Under the pieces are notes generated by a model, which worked only from the letters and a program-made list of their open reading frames with translations, had not been told where the DNA came from and did no database searches. Of a stretch of DNA of 64,000 nucleotides, positions 38,371 to 51,376 are shown piece after piece (position 1 is the first letter of the stretch; every line of letters begins with the position of its first letter). Source of the stretch: the human T2T-CHM13v2.0 reference genome, Homo sapiens. The position numbers and the translations under genes are program-made. The stretch lies in the NCBI RefSeq assembly GCF_009914755.1, contig NC_060945.1. One strand, 5' to 3'.

Positions 38371-40164
38371 AGAAATAGATGCAAATTCTAGTTTCTTACA
38401 AAAATTATCTTAAATTCTTTGCTACATTTTATAAAATTAGGGTAAATTATGCTAAAAAAGCTACCTCTGATGACAGTGGTATGAAAGTTAGACTAGATAG
38501 AAATGAAGGTGGAGTTGAGAATATAGTTTAAAAAGTAAATGTAATAGATTAGAGACTATGATGCTGATCTAAAATAATAACAATAATAGCGTAAATATGT
38601 ATATCAAATGTTTGCAAGAGAGAAAATTTGATCATAAGAAAATAGCAAACCCAGGTTAATGACAGGAAGGAGCCAAATATTTATGTGGGGTTAAGAGGAA
38701 GATACTTTTAGTTATATGAAAACAGGTATTTTGTTTCCATCACATGTCCCATGAGGCTTCCCTACATCCAAATTGTGTAACTGATCTCTACTGGGTGAAA
38801 ACTGCTTTCCAGTACTCGTAGCTGTTTGAGATTTCCCAGTACTTGGAGTCACCTGTAATTGTGCATAACTTGATTATTTTATGTGAAAAAAGAACCTTAG
38901 ACTCTAACAAGTCTGAAGTAGGGTCACTAAGGTCTTGAAGGAGGGATGTTAACACACCTGGTGACAGCAAGTTCAAGAGGTTCTTCTGAACCTTTTCTGA
39001 AGGAGAGCATCTGCTCATTTACCAACAGATTGTTTCCAAGGCACATTTTAGGGAGGTATTTACTCCACCTGGGATATCAATCTACCCTTTGACACTTTGA
39101 CTCTGCTATTAATAGATGAAACCAAAACGCAGTGGAAAAAATGAGCCTTTCTGGGCTTCGAAAAGACGAACAAAGAGCCTGTTTCCAGGAATTTAAGTAG
39201 GAAAAATATGCAGATAATCTTACAAGGATAGTAAGGTTCAGGAAAGTGACAGGGATTAATTGATTGTGTTTTGATTGTAAGATTGCTGGCCACCATGAGG
39301 TCACAATGTAATTAAATGTTTTTAATCCACTGTGTTGTATTAAAAAAAACAGAAAAACGTTGAAAATAATTGACAAAGATGAGGTTGAGGTATATTAGCA
39401 GATTTGTTTTTCCTATTAGAAAAATATGTGAATTTCTATTGTGTAAAAATTCTACCCTCTATGGTTTTTGTTCATTTTACTACTTTGTGTCTACTACATA
39501 TGGGCCACCATATGTCACACAAATTTATAATGATTTTGACAAATAAACAGTCTTACATTTAACCAGTGAGTCACTGAGTCAAACACTATGGCCATGTCAC
39601 ATATCTTCTCCTCATGCAACAGTCTCACTTCACTACAACAAACAAAACTAAAGAAACAGAAGTTCTACATATACTGGGGGAAAAATCAGGCTGTATGTTA
39701 CACACACAATTTATTTTCAGCAAGAAACTATTTGACCATTTCGTACCTATAAAATGTCCAGTGGGAGAAATTACATTATTGACCCTGAGGCACTTATTTT
39801 TAAATGGAAGAGTGAGTTTACCTTTCTAACCATTCATCAAAGAGGAGTGAGTGGAACTTTAAAAGAAATACATTTCCAAAGAAAACTTGAAGATTGAAGT
39901 TCCACTCATCCTGCACTATGATGTTAAAATAAAAATAGCCTTGCCTGTGTGTAGTTTGCCTTAGATACAAGTTCCAGTAAACTACTTTGGCAAGGCCATC
40001 ATCATAAACAGTGACAGTAGGAAATATGATTCTTCATCTTCTCTCCAGATTATTTTGCTGCAAAAGTCTAGTGTCATCTAAACACATATTTCATATCTTG
40101 GATGAGGAATGAATTGGAAAGGTGTCTCTCTTCTACCATATCAGAACCTCTTTAAAGTAACGAC

Positions 40165-40217
40165 AGAAAGAGAGACAGAGAGAGGAGGGAGAGAGAGAGA
40201 GAGAGAGAGGAGAGAGG
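40165..40217. repeat. GA-rich simple repeat
   Basis: agaaagagagacagagagaggagggagagagagagagagagagaggagagagg. Confidence 0.85.
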
Positions 40218-41205
40218 TAGCAAAATACTAAGTTTGAGAGGAGAAAGCTAAAGAGTAAATGAAAAGGCAGAGAATTGAGTTATCTAAAGCATACATATAG
40301 AAAAATTTATAACTTTTGATGGATCTTATTTTTAAATATTATTAAATGATAGGAAATGACCAGTGTTAAAAATCTGGAAGTTAAAAAACTACAACAGAAA
40401 ATTCTCATGAATCACAAGTGATTGAAAGGAGACGGATAGAATTCTAAGTTTTATTAGTTATTGAATTTGTAGTCACATTGCCAGAAATTTCCGATTTTCG
40501 TAAGTGATCTTTATGCATAACAGAAATACTAATTGTTGTCATTTTCCCCCTTTAAACAAGTAAAATAGTTCAATTATCTCTATTCATTGTCTCTCCTACT
40601 TCTTTCTCATTTTTTTCTACTTATTGATTGTGCTCTCCTTCTATTTCTTCCTGCTCTGATTGCATTATTTTTCTTTCCAATAAACTTAAGAACTGGCATT
40701 GAATTTGGGCAATGAGGAAACCTAGAACTTGATGGAATAGTAAGGTTATTATGACAAACTTACAGCTAAAACTGTCGTGATGTATACTAACATGGTTAAT
40801 TATTAAGAGATTTAAAGGTTGGGGTGATGTAATCTTAAAGTTGGAGAAGTTATAGTCTAGTTACAGTATTGTACTGTAAATTCTAAATTATACAATTAAA
40901 TATATCAGTAAATAAAAAATGCTCTTTATATTGAAATGAGAAAATGATATGCCTCAACTGCACTAGTATATTCAACTGCATGCCATAAATATTTGAAAAA
41001 GAATAAATATTGAGATTCTGTTGGCAGAGGCCCGGTTTTTGACATTTTGTTTAAGAATTTACACTTGCCCATTAGTATTTGAAATAATACACTAAACCTA
41101 TGTAATGAGTAGAAGGTGGGCAGAAAAATGAGAGAAAGATGGTACCTATTTCTGATCAGCTGTTTTAAAAGAGTAAGTGAATTGCAAGCTACTTAGCAGA
41201 GTAAC

Positions 41206-41359
41206 TTTTTTTTTTTTTTTTTTTTGAGACGGAGTCTTGCTCTGTCGCCCAGGCTGGAGTGCAGTGGCGCCATCTCCGCTCACTGCAAGCTCCGCCGCCT
41301 CCCGGGTTCACACCATTCTCCTGCCTCAGCCTCCTGGAGTAGCTGGGACTACAGGCGCC
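41206..41359 (-). mobile_element. 5'-truncated AluY (right arm only)
   Basis: T20 tail and Y diagnostics gcaagctccgcc and caccattctcc. TSD tta(g/t)cagagtaac at 41193-41205 and 41363-41375. Confidence 0.92.
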
Positions 41360-41569
41360 AGATTATCAGAGTAACATTTTACCATTGAGTAGTAAGTCAT
41401 ATAACAGATACAGTGCATAAAGATAAAACATTTATAATCATAAATCCCACCGATTTTCCTAATTAATAATCCATCATCACTGGCTTCATTATAATGTATA
41501 ATATGGATGAAACCAAAAAGATATGGCTTAATTCCAGCTTTAAACTGAAAACAATCTTCTATTGCTTTG

Positions 41570-41905
41570 AATTTTCACAACCCTGGAGCTAATGAGGTGT
41601 TACAGAGCAGTAGCCTTCAATGGCAGAAGAAGAACGAACAAGTGTTTCACTGTTTTTACAGTCCCTGTAAAAGATATAGATATGTTGAGCCATTGTTTAG
41701 GTTAATCCATCCTGTCTTTGTTGTCTGAGGAGACTGCCCATTGACTTATTAAAACTACAGCAGTTCTCTTGCTTCAGTCCTTTTCAAGAATTGTTTTCTG
41801 TAGCCTTTGCTTTGATTCTGTGGGTTGTCCCATTATCTTTCCAATAAATTACCTTATTTTGCTAAAGGTAGCCTATTTCTCTAGCTTGCAAACAAATAAT
41901 TCAAA
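41570..41905 (+). mobile_element. Old MLT1J-like LTR fragment
   Basis: atctttccaataaattaccttattttgctaaaggtagcc...tagcttgcaaacaaa is a typical MaLR LTR 3' end. Confidence 0.45.
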
Positions 41906-43154
41906 AAAGACATAGATACTGTTTATTTGTTATCATTGATCTAAGGACTGCCAGAAGAGTTGCTACCAGAGTTTTGTATAAGCAATTTGCTTGGGAAAAT
42001 CAATGCAATGCTTTGCCTCCAGCATAACATCAGATTAAAAAGAAAGCTGCTGAGAAAGTAAAAGATCTTTTTATTGCCTCTAACACTGTGATGATAAACA
42101 ATCAATTTTCTTATCAAATGATTATATAGGACAGTATATATAAATCTATTATTTTGATATGAATTAATTTGTAGAATACATTAAGCCACAACTACAAATA
42201 CAATTTAAGAGCTCTTAGAATATAAAAATGAATATTTCACAATTGTACTTAAGACCTTCTGCTCTCTTTTTAAACCTCCAACATCTCCTTGTCTGTCTTC
42301 ATTCCTGCCAAACAACTTTGTTTCTTATCTGATAATGAAAATAGATTTGATAAGAAGGAAATTCTTATCAGCTCACATTAGCACTTTTACCCTTCTACCC
42401 ACGGTTGTCCTCATGTTCTATACTTTCTTTTCTGCTGCTTTGGCTTGGCAGTCCATATGCCTCTTCTCAGAGGTTAGATCACAGACACTCTCATTTCCTG
42501 AAGGTCACTGATCCGGATTCATTTATTTATGGCGACAGCTTCAACCTCCCTCTCTCTACTGCTGTTTCTCAGCAGTAGGCAAAAATGTCGTTATTTCAGC
42601 CATCTTAAAATCACTTTCACTGGACTTAATTTTCCTACTAATCACTAACCCATTTATTCACATCCCTTACAGAAAGCTCTTCCAAAGGAGTTTCCTTTAC
42701 TTGCTGTTCACAATAGCTTTTCTTCAGTTCTCATCAGAACCAACTGTGTTTAGGCTTTTGACCAATGCATCACTTCACTAACGCCGTTCTTGTCAATATC
42801 ACCAAGGATCCTTGCTTTTTAATATGTAATGGTAAAGTCTTAGTCCTCTTCATCTCATCACAGAATTTAACACACATTATTAGTCTCTCCTCATTTGTAT
42901 ATTTGCTTCACTTGCCTCATAAATACCACTGTCCTCCTTCACCAGAAACCCATTTTCAGTGACTCTTTCTTAGTTTCATCTCAATTCTTTCACCTCTTTA
43001 CACTGAAGGGTTCCAGGCCTGAGTCCTTGAATCCTTTATCTTTCCACATACACTCTTTTGTGTTCCCAACCCGCTTCATTGTTTTTAAATATAATCTAAA
43101 CCTGTATGATTTCTAAACGTATACTTCTTGCCTGTGGCTATATTCACATTGACT

Positions 43155-43983
<829 letters not shown>

Positions 43984-44394
43984 CTTTACTCCAGATTGGC
44001 ATTTCCAAGCTTCTTGTGCGTTTGCACTCTGCAGTATAAAAGACATCTTAACCTAAAATGACAAAACTGTACTTAGGAACTTTTCCCAAAATCTGCTTGC
44101 TTCTAATGCAGCCTTTTGTATCTCATTTAATAGCAACTTTTTTTCTTAGTCTTCAAAATTTGGGAGTCACAATTGACTGTTATCTCCTCTCACACCCCAT
44201 ATTTGATATTAAATTGATAATACATTTGGAAGTTGTCTGCGTATTTTTTTTTTTTTACCTCATCTACTGTAAACTAGGTCCAGGACACCTAAACCACTGC
44301 ATGATTTCAGTAGTCTCCTAAGTACTCTCTCTACTTCTAGCTATTCCTCTTTTTTTTTTCTCAACACAACCACCATAGTTAGCCTGTTAAGACC

Positions 44395-44829
44395 TGTGTC
44401 ACATACACAGAAGTTGGTCTCCTCAATAAGCAGATTCTCAGATGGGGTTTAATCCACAGTAGGTTTATCAAGGTGTTTCTTTTCCTTTAGCAGCTATGGA
44501 TGGAAGAAGAAAGAAGCAACATAGGCAGAAGGAGAAGTTAAAGTTGAAAGAAGACCCAACTGCAGACACAGCCAATCTCACTGGGTGCTCTGGAGCTGTA
44601 AAAACCTTTTAGGGCTATCTCAAAGTTTTCCAAGATGAGCTTAGAGGCCCATTCTTGTGGGATGCACCCTGAAAAGGGCACGATATTGGGCAAGCTCTCT
44701 GCAGCTGTGGCAAACTCTGAATTACCTGGAAGGTAAAGGCTGGCTGCCTGCCATCACTATCCTGGTAGCTGAGGCAACAAGATTCTCATCAAAGTGTGAG
44801 ATGACCTGTATGTCACAATGTCTACACCA
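44395..44829 (-). mobile_element. LTR16-like ERVL LTR
   Basis: aagcagattctcagatgggg...ggcagaaggagaagttaaa...cagccaatctcactgggtgctctggagctg. Confidence 0.65.
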
Positions 44830-45379
44830 TCTCATCATGTCCCTTCTCAGCTTCAAACTAAGGACTTTTCATTGCTTTCAAAATTGGAGCCATAAAGTTC
44901 ACAATGACTTTCAATGCCCTACAACATCTAGACCTTCATTTAACCTCTTAAAATTCCCCATTTCACTCAACACTACTCCAGCATTTGTTGTCCTGTGTGT
45001 TCTTGGTCAAATATGTGAAACACACTGCCACCTTCTGGGCTATGGGCTTCCTCTGCCCTCGGCCTACTTGACGTGAACTTTCCCTAACAACTCACTGTCC
45101 ACTTTCTCGTCATTTTTAATGATTTTTTCAAATATCATGCTGATCATATGAAATATTAAGAGCACCCAGCTTTACTTTCTATTTCTCTTTTTATCATTTA
45201 TCTATCTATCCGTGTATCTATCATCACCTATTTATCTTCCCTCCAAGTTTTCAACATGAAGTACATTATTAAATTTTTATGTTCCTCAAAAGGGAAAAAT
45301 AATTTATTCGTAGAAAATAAATGAAAAATGATTGAATAATGAAGACAAATGATAATGAGCTCTATAAAAAGCAAATATA

Positions 45380-45588
45380 ATTTCGTAGCACAACAGGGTG
45401 ATTATAGTCAACAATATTATACATTTTAAAATAACTAAAAGAGTATAGTTGAATGTCGTAACAAAAATAAATGTTTGGGTTGAAAGATCTCCATTTAAAT
45501 ATGCCATATGCCTGGATAAAAATATATCATGTACCCCATACATATGTACACCAACTATGTACTCACAAAACTTAATTTTAAAAAAAGA
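45380..45588 (+). mobile_element. L1MA 3'-end fragment
   Basis: tagcacaacagggtgattatagtcaacaat...catgtaccccata...tatgtactcacaaaa. Confidence 0.8.
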
Positions 45589-45924
45589 ATGTAAAACATA
45601 AAATAAACGGTAGATATTAGAAGCAATAAAAATATATGTTTTCATATTTAAACAGTGAACAAATTTATGCTTAGATTATATAACCTGTATTACTGGTTAT
45701 AAATAGCAATCACTATAAGCTTCCAGGAAAGATTATCCCAATAACTACTAAGATGTCTATGAATACATGAAATAAATGGAAAACTCACAACCCTTCCACA
45801 ATACACATGCAAACTAAAGTTTGCATTTGATGTGTACTTAAGAGTCTATGACTTATTTTAACTAACTATAATATCAACAGAACCTTAAAAAGCATTTTAA
45901 ACTCACCATGACTGAGGTTTTTCC

Positions 45925-46229
45925 TTTCTTTTTTTTTTTGTTTTTTTTTGAGACAGGATCTCACTCTGTCATCCAGGCTAGAGTACAGTGGTGCAATCTC
46001 AGCTCACTTCAACCTTTACCTCCCAGACTCAAGCAATCCTCCTTTGATCAGCCTCCTGAGTAGCTGGGACTACAGTCACACCACCACACCTGGCTAATAT
46101 TTGCATTTTTTGTAGAGATGGGGTTTTGCCATGTTGCCTACGCTGATCTCGAACCCCTGGGCTCAAGGGAGGCACCCGCCTCAGCTTCCCAAAGTGCTGG
46201 GATTATAGGCATGAGCCAATGTCCTGGCC
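45925..46229 (-). mobile_element. AluJ (Jb-like)
   Basis: gagacaggatctcactctgtc...ctcaagcaatcctcc...gggattataggcatgagcca. Confidence 0.92.
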
Positions 46230-46747
46230 TTTAGATTTTTTAAAATAGAGCAAATTAACACACTTGCAGGGTATAGAAAACCTCATAGTTTCTCTCCCCA
46301 ATTCAGCATCTATGAATTAGAAACTCTGAGGCTGTATCTCAGGAAAAAAAATTATATAGCTATTACTCAGATATGTGGGAACTTCCTTAATGTAGTTATA
46401 ATATGTTGAGCTCACTTCCTATGAATAATTGCTGTGTAATGGTTCTCATGTCACTGGTATTGGTAAAGAAAATTATGTGGTTCTGTGTTTAATGGATAAA
46501 TATTGCATATAATAAGAATAGCTTTGCTGGTGAGCAAGTGAAGTGGATAATCATGCTAAAGGACAAATAGTCACTATAACCCCAGATATTGTATGTGTCA
46601 CATACTAAATTATGAATTATTTGCATTTAATTGACCTCATTCATTAGACATGAATGGGTTTTCTGTTTTTTCTCCATTTTTACCTTTGTTTTATGGCTGA
46701 AAGTTGCTTGGGAATAAGATGAAAACATACAGCGATTCCTACAAATG

Positions 46748-46992
46748 GAGGTATGTTGTACTGATTAAAACATGGGCCCTGAAGTAAGCCCATTTTGTTC
46801 TAAATCTCAGCTATATCCCTTCTTTGTTGTGAGAACTTGAGGAAATAAGTAAGCATCTTTGCACTTCAGATTCCTCATCTGTAATATAACTACCTCTAAT
46901 ACGTTGGGATGTCAAGAAGATAAAGGATATTACTAGAGGCTGAGGAACTTTGAACATTTTCTAGTAGTACATAAGCTTTCAACATAGGTTAA
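46748..46992 (+). mobile_element. MIR
   Basis: ttctaaatctcagct...ctttgcacttcagattcctcatctgtaa core. Confidence 0.7.
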
Positions 46993-48467
46993 TTTTCCAC
47001 CTGTAAATTATCTTAAGGATGAAGAAGATTCCTCCTCCATTAAGTAGGACTTCATGAGGAAGTTGTATGGATCCCATAGACAACAACCATATTCTATCTC
47101 TAGATCCACTATGGCATTGAAGAATCATTCATATGAATGTGAGTAGGAGGACACCATTGAAAAAATGACTCACTACTTAGTAGAATTGGGAAAGGAGGGT
47201 GATAACACGAGAATTTCAAGACGCCTCATACCATTTTTGCTTGAATACTAAGAAGTAATGATGTGCAATGAGCAGGGAAAACAGAGGTAGGATATAAAGT
47301 TGGGTAAGTAAAAGCTACTTAGATCAGAGCATAGTAATGAGGATCTTGAATTCACTCTTTTTCCCTCCAACAACAACTAATTCATCTCATCCCAGTCCAG
47401 CCACACTAGTTTCCTTCAATTTGTCAGTTTGAACTTTCTATGCTTATTTTTGCTCCAAGACACTAGGATTTTCTGTTGCTACTCCCTGGTAGCCCTTTCT
47501 TTTAGTTCTTAAATAACTACTTCGTTAGCTGAGACTCATCTCAAACTCTCCCCCTATCTATGGCTGTGCTTCACCTTACTACCCAGTGATGCCTGTATTT
47601 ACTACCGTCATCTCAACTGGCAGATTTTCTTCTTTTTATTTATCACTATTTGAGGTTTTATTATAATAACTGGGGAAAAACAGCCACAGTAAATTATTGG
47701 TTTGTGAGTAAAGGTTTTGTTCTTCTGTTGCTGTATGATGTCACATTCTATTGCAAATTTATTGCAAGTTCTGGACTAAACTGAGAAAATACTTTTTTTT
47801 TGGACAAATATTGACTTTTACCATGTGTAATTAGAATGTAACAGAATTTCTGAATGTGTCACATGGTTTGAAGACACAGTGAATCACCTTTTTATTATAT
47901 AGATACCTTGTTTTCTCTCTGTCCTTCAAAATAATCTGACTATAAATGAACTTTAATAAACACATTTTTGCAAAGAAGAAAGAATGATTGTATGCTTACT
48001 ATTCTTATTTTGAAGAAAAACTTTAAAGAGCACAATATGCTGGTCTTCAGTGACCTTGCACAGGTTTTAAATGTAAAAAAAAAAAAGATTATAAAATTTA
48101 AAATTTGATTATCTGATGTCTGCAAAAATAGTCTTCAATTAACCTTCCAGTTTTAACAGATAAGTATTTAACCATCTTACTTAACATTACTTCCAATAAA
48201 ATAGACAATCTCACATATATTTTTGAATAAATAAATGAATAATTATATAGGCCAAAAGGCACAACCACTATACTTAAAATGAGAATGACAAGCCAGATAA
48301 AGAGAAAATAAGATATAAGGCAAACTGGATTATTTTTAAAAGTAGGATGAGAAATGATGGCAAGAAAAATGCAATTTGTGTTAGATTTTAAATCATATTC
48401 AAGACTTCTCCTTCCAAGCACAATGGAATAACTTATGGCAGAATAACACTCTCATTAAAAATAATCA

Positions 48468-48792
<325 letters not shown>

Positions 48793-49163
48793 TCAAAAAA
48801 ATGGTATTTACAAAAAGGCAACAAAAAGCTATTAAAGAAGACTCTATGGGGACTAAACTTCCAGATAGTTAACAGTCTTGGAGAAGTGAGTTCAGGATCT
48901 GCAGCTGCGTTTTTACTGAACTTTGTTACAAATCTAATCCTTTCTACACTGGTTTTTCTCTTCTACTCTCAGTTAATTGTCCCGTTACTTTTTCTCCGAA
49001 GCATGTTTGTTAGCCAGTGGAGGCTGGTGAAAATCTGTCCTAATTAGGACTTGGTTTTAGGCATTGTGCTTATCTCTGGATCTTGAGAGTTTCAATCTGG
49101 GAGTTTGGTCTTCTTGGTTTCCTTATCCTTTGATGACTCTAGTTGTGGGTTCAATAACAGATT

Positions 49164-49295
49164 AAGGGCACATAAAGGGGAACACAAGGGCACATAGAGG
49201 GGAACATCACACAATGAAGACTATCAGAGGGTGGATGTTGAGAGGAGGGAGAAGATCGGGAAAAACAACTAATGAGTACTAGGTTTAATACCTGG
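49164..49295 (+). mobile_element. L1PA13-like 3'UTR fragment
   Basis: gaggggaacatcacacaatg...gagaggagggagaagatcgggaaaaacaactaatgagtactagg. Confidence 0.75.
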
Positions 49296-49309
49296 TATTA
49301 AGGTATTAA

Positions 49310-50102
49310 TGTGTCCGGAATTGGTGGGTTCTTGGTCTCGCTGACTTCAAGAATGAAGGCCGCAGGCCCTCGAGGTGAGTGCTACAGTTCACAAAGGCGG
49401 CGTGGACCAAAAGAGTGAGCAGCAGCAAGATTTATTGCGGGCAAAAGAACAAACGCCCCAAGCCTGAAAGGCGACCCAAGCAAGTTGCAGCTGCTGCCTC
49501 AGGCAGCCTGCTTTTATTCCCTTATCTGACCACCACCCCCCCCCCCCACATCCTGCTGATTGGTCCATTTTACAGAGAGCTGATTGGTCTGTTTTGACAG
49601 GGTGCTGACTGGTGCATTTACAAACCTTTAGCTAGACACAGAGTACTGATTGGTGCGTTTACAATCCTTTAGCTAGACACAAAAGTTCTCGAAGTCCCCA
49701 CCCATCCTAGAAGCCCAGCCGGCTTCACCTCTCACCGTCCCTCGTCGCCAGACTCTGCAGCACCCAGCCCGGGCACTCTGGCAGCCCAGAGGGAGCTCAT
49801 CCCCCGATCAAGCCCGGCAGGCGCTGGTCGGCTGCGCCCAGTGCGGGGCCCGCCAAGCCCCCGCTCACCCGGAACCGCGCCGGCCGGCAAGCGCAGCGCG
49901 CGGACCCGGCCTCCGCTGGCACCTTTTTCTCCACACCTCCCTGCTAGCAGAGGGAGCGGGCTCCGGCCTCAGCCAGTCCCAGAAAGGTGCCTCCACAGCG
50001 CAGCGGCGGGCTGAAGGGCTCCTCAAGCGCGGCCAGAGCGGACGCCTAGGCCAAGGAGGCGCCGAGAGGGAGCAAGGGCTGCTGGCACGTTGTCACCTCT
50101 CA
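49310..50102 (-). mobile_element. LTR12-family (ERV9) solo LTR
   Basis: Ends tgtgtccggaattggtgggttcttggtctc and gctggcacgttgtcacctctca. 4-bp TSD TTAA at 49306-49309 and 50103-50106. GC-rich U3. Confidence 0.95.
49505..50095 (-). promoter_or_regulatory. LTR12 U3 promoter/enhancer: repeated CCAAT boxes, AATAAAA TATA-like box, CpG-rich segment
   Basis: ctgattgg at about 49555, 49580 and 49646. cttttattc at about 49511. Dense CpG at 49735-50090. Activity is not shown by the sequence. Confidence 0.6.
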
Positions 50103-50217
50103 TTAATACCTTAAGGTATTAATACCAGGTATTAAGCCTAGTACCCGTTAGTTGTTTCATTCCGCCACCCCCCAGTGCTGTCCTCCTACAGCTGCAATCC
50201 ACTTTCACTTACGTGTT

Positions 50218-50738
50218 TTTGATGGTTAATACTGTCAGATTGATTAGATTTAAGGATGCAAAGTATTGTTCCTGGGTGTGTCTGTGAGGGTGTTGCCAAA
50301 GGAGATTAACATCTGAGTCAGTGGACTGGGAGAGGAAGACCCACCCTAATGTGGGTGGGGACTATCTAATCAATTGCCAGCTCCAGTAGAATAAAGCTGA
50401 CTTGCTGAGTCTTCCAATCATCATCTTTCTTCAGTGCTGGATGCTTCCTCCCCTGAACATCAGACTGCAAGTTCTTCAGCTTTTGGACTCTTGGACTTAA
50501 CACCAGTGATTTGCCAGCAGCTCTTGGGCCTTTGACCACACACCGAAGACTACATTGTTGGCTTCCCTACTTTTGAGGTTTTGGGACTCCGACTGGTTTC
50601 CTTGCTCCTCAGCTTTCAGACGGCCTATTGTGGGACTTCACCTTGTGATCATGTGAGTCAATACTCCTTAATAAACTTCCCTTCATGTATACATCTGTCC
50701 TATTAGTTCTGTCCCTCTAGAGAACCCTGACTAATACA
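50218..50738 (+). mobile_element. MLT2A1-like (HERV-L) solo LTR
   Basis: gatggttaatactgtcagattgattagatttaaggatgcaaagtattgttcctgggtgtg ... ctagagaaccctgactaataca. Confidence 0.9.
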
Positions 50739-51000
50739 GGTAGGGTTAAGGATAGTAATGCTGCTACTTTGTAGGAGAGATGGGGAAAAAGGATCTAAGC
50801 CTAGTTTTTACCTCTCCTGACTGCTACTGTTTCCTTTCCTGACCCATTTTTTTTTTATTTCCATAAGGAATACTCTGGGCCTCTTTCTTATGACTGTTTT
50901 ATGGGTTTCATAAGTAAGATGTTAACTCTTAAGTTTCTGCAGCCTCCAGGCATTTCACATTGTCTGATCTGTCTGCAATGAACCTCACCAAATTGTCAGA

Positions 51001-51165
51001 TTTTTTATTTTTTAACTTTTATTTTAAGCTCAGGGGTACAAGTGCAGGTTTGTTACATAGGTAAACTTGTGTCATGGGGGTTTGTCTTGTAGATTATTTC
51101 ATCACCCAGGTATTAAGCCTAGGACCCATTAGTTGTTTTTCCTGATCTTCTCCCTCCTCTCACCA
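51001..51165 (-). mobile_element. L1PA13-like 3' end with T tail
   Basis: ttttaacttttattttaagctcaggggtaca...tttcatcacccaggtattaagcctagg. Confidence 0.88.
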
Positions 51166-51321
51166 TTAAAAGATTGATTAAAAGAATCACCCTTGTACAC
51201 AAATGGCCATGACGTGAAGCATTTTCTCCTTGAATAAATAATTCCATTAGTAAATCCTTGCTCTGTTTCTGATATTAGTCTACCCATAGAGCTGTGATTT
51301 TGCCAGGATTCTCTTTGAAAT

Positions 51322-51376
51322 ATCATCATCATTATCATCATCACCCACCATTAACACCATCATCATCATTATCATT
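51322..51376. repeat. (CAT)n-rich simple repeat
   Basis: atcatcatcattatcatcatcac...catcatcatcattatcatt. Confidence 0.8.

Noticed and set aside
49735-50095. CpG island of a host gene
   Set aside because: Entirely within the LTR12 U3, with no adjacent exon-like sequence.
49284-50135. TTAA-flanked inverted repeats as a piggyBac-like composite transposon
   Set aside because: The arms derive from L1 3'UTR and lie outside the TTAA pair, which is the normal 4-bp LTR12 TSD. No piggyBac TIRs are present.
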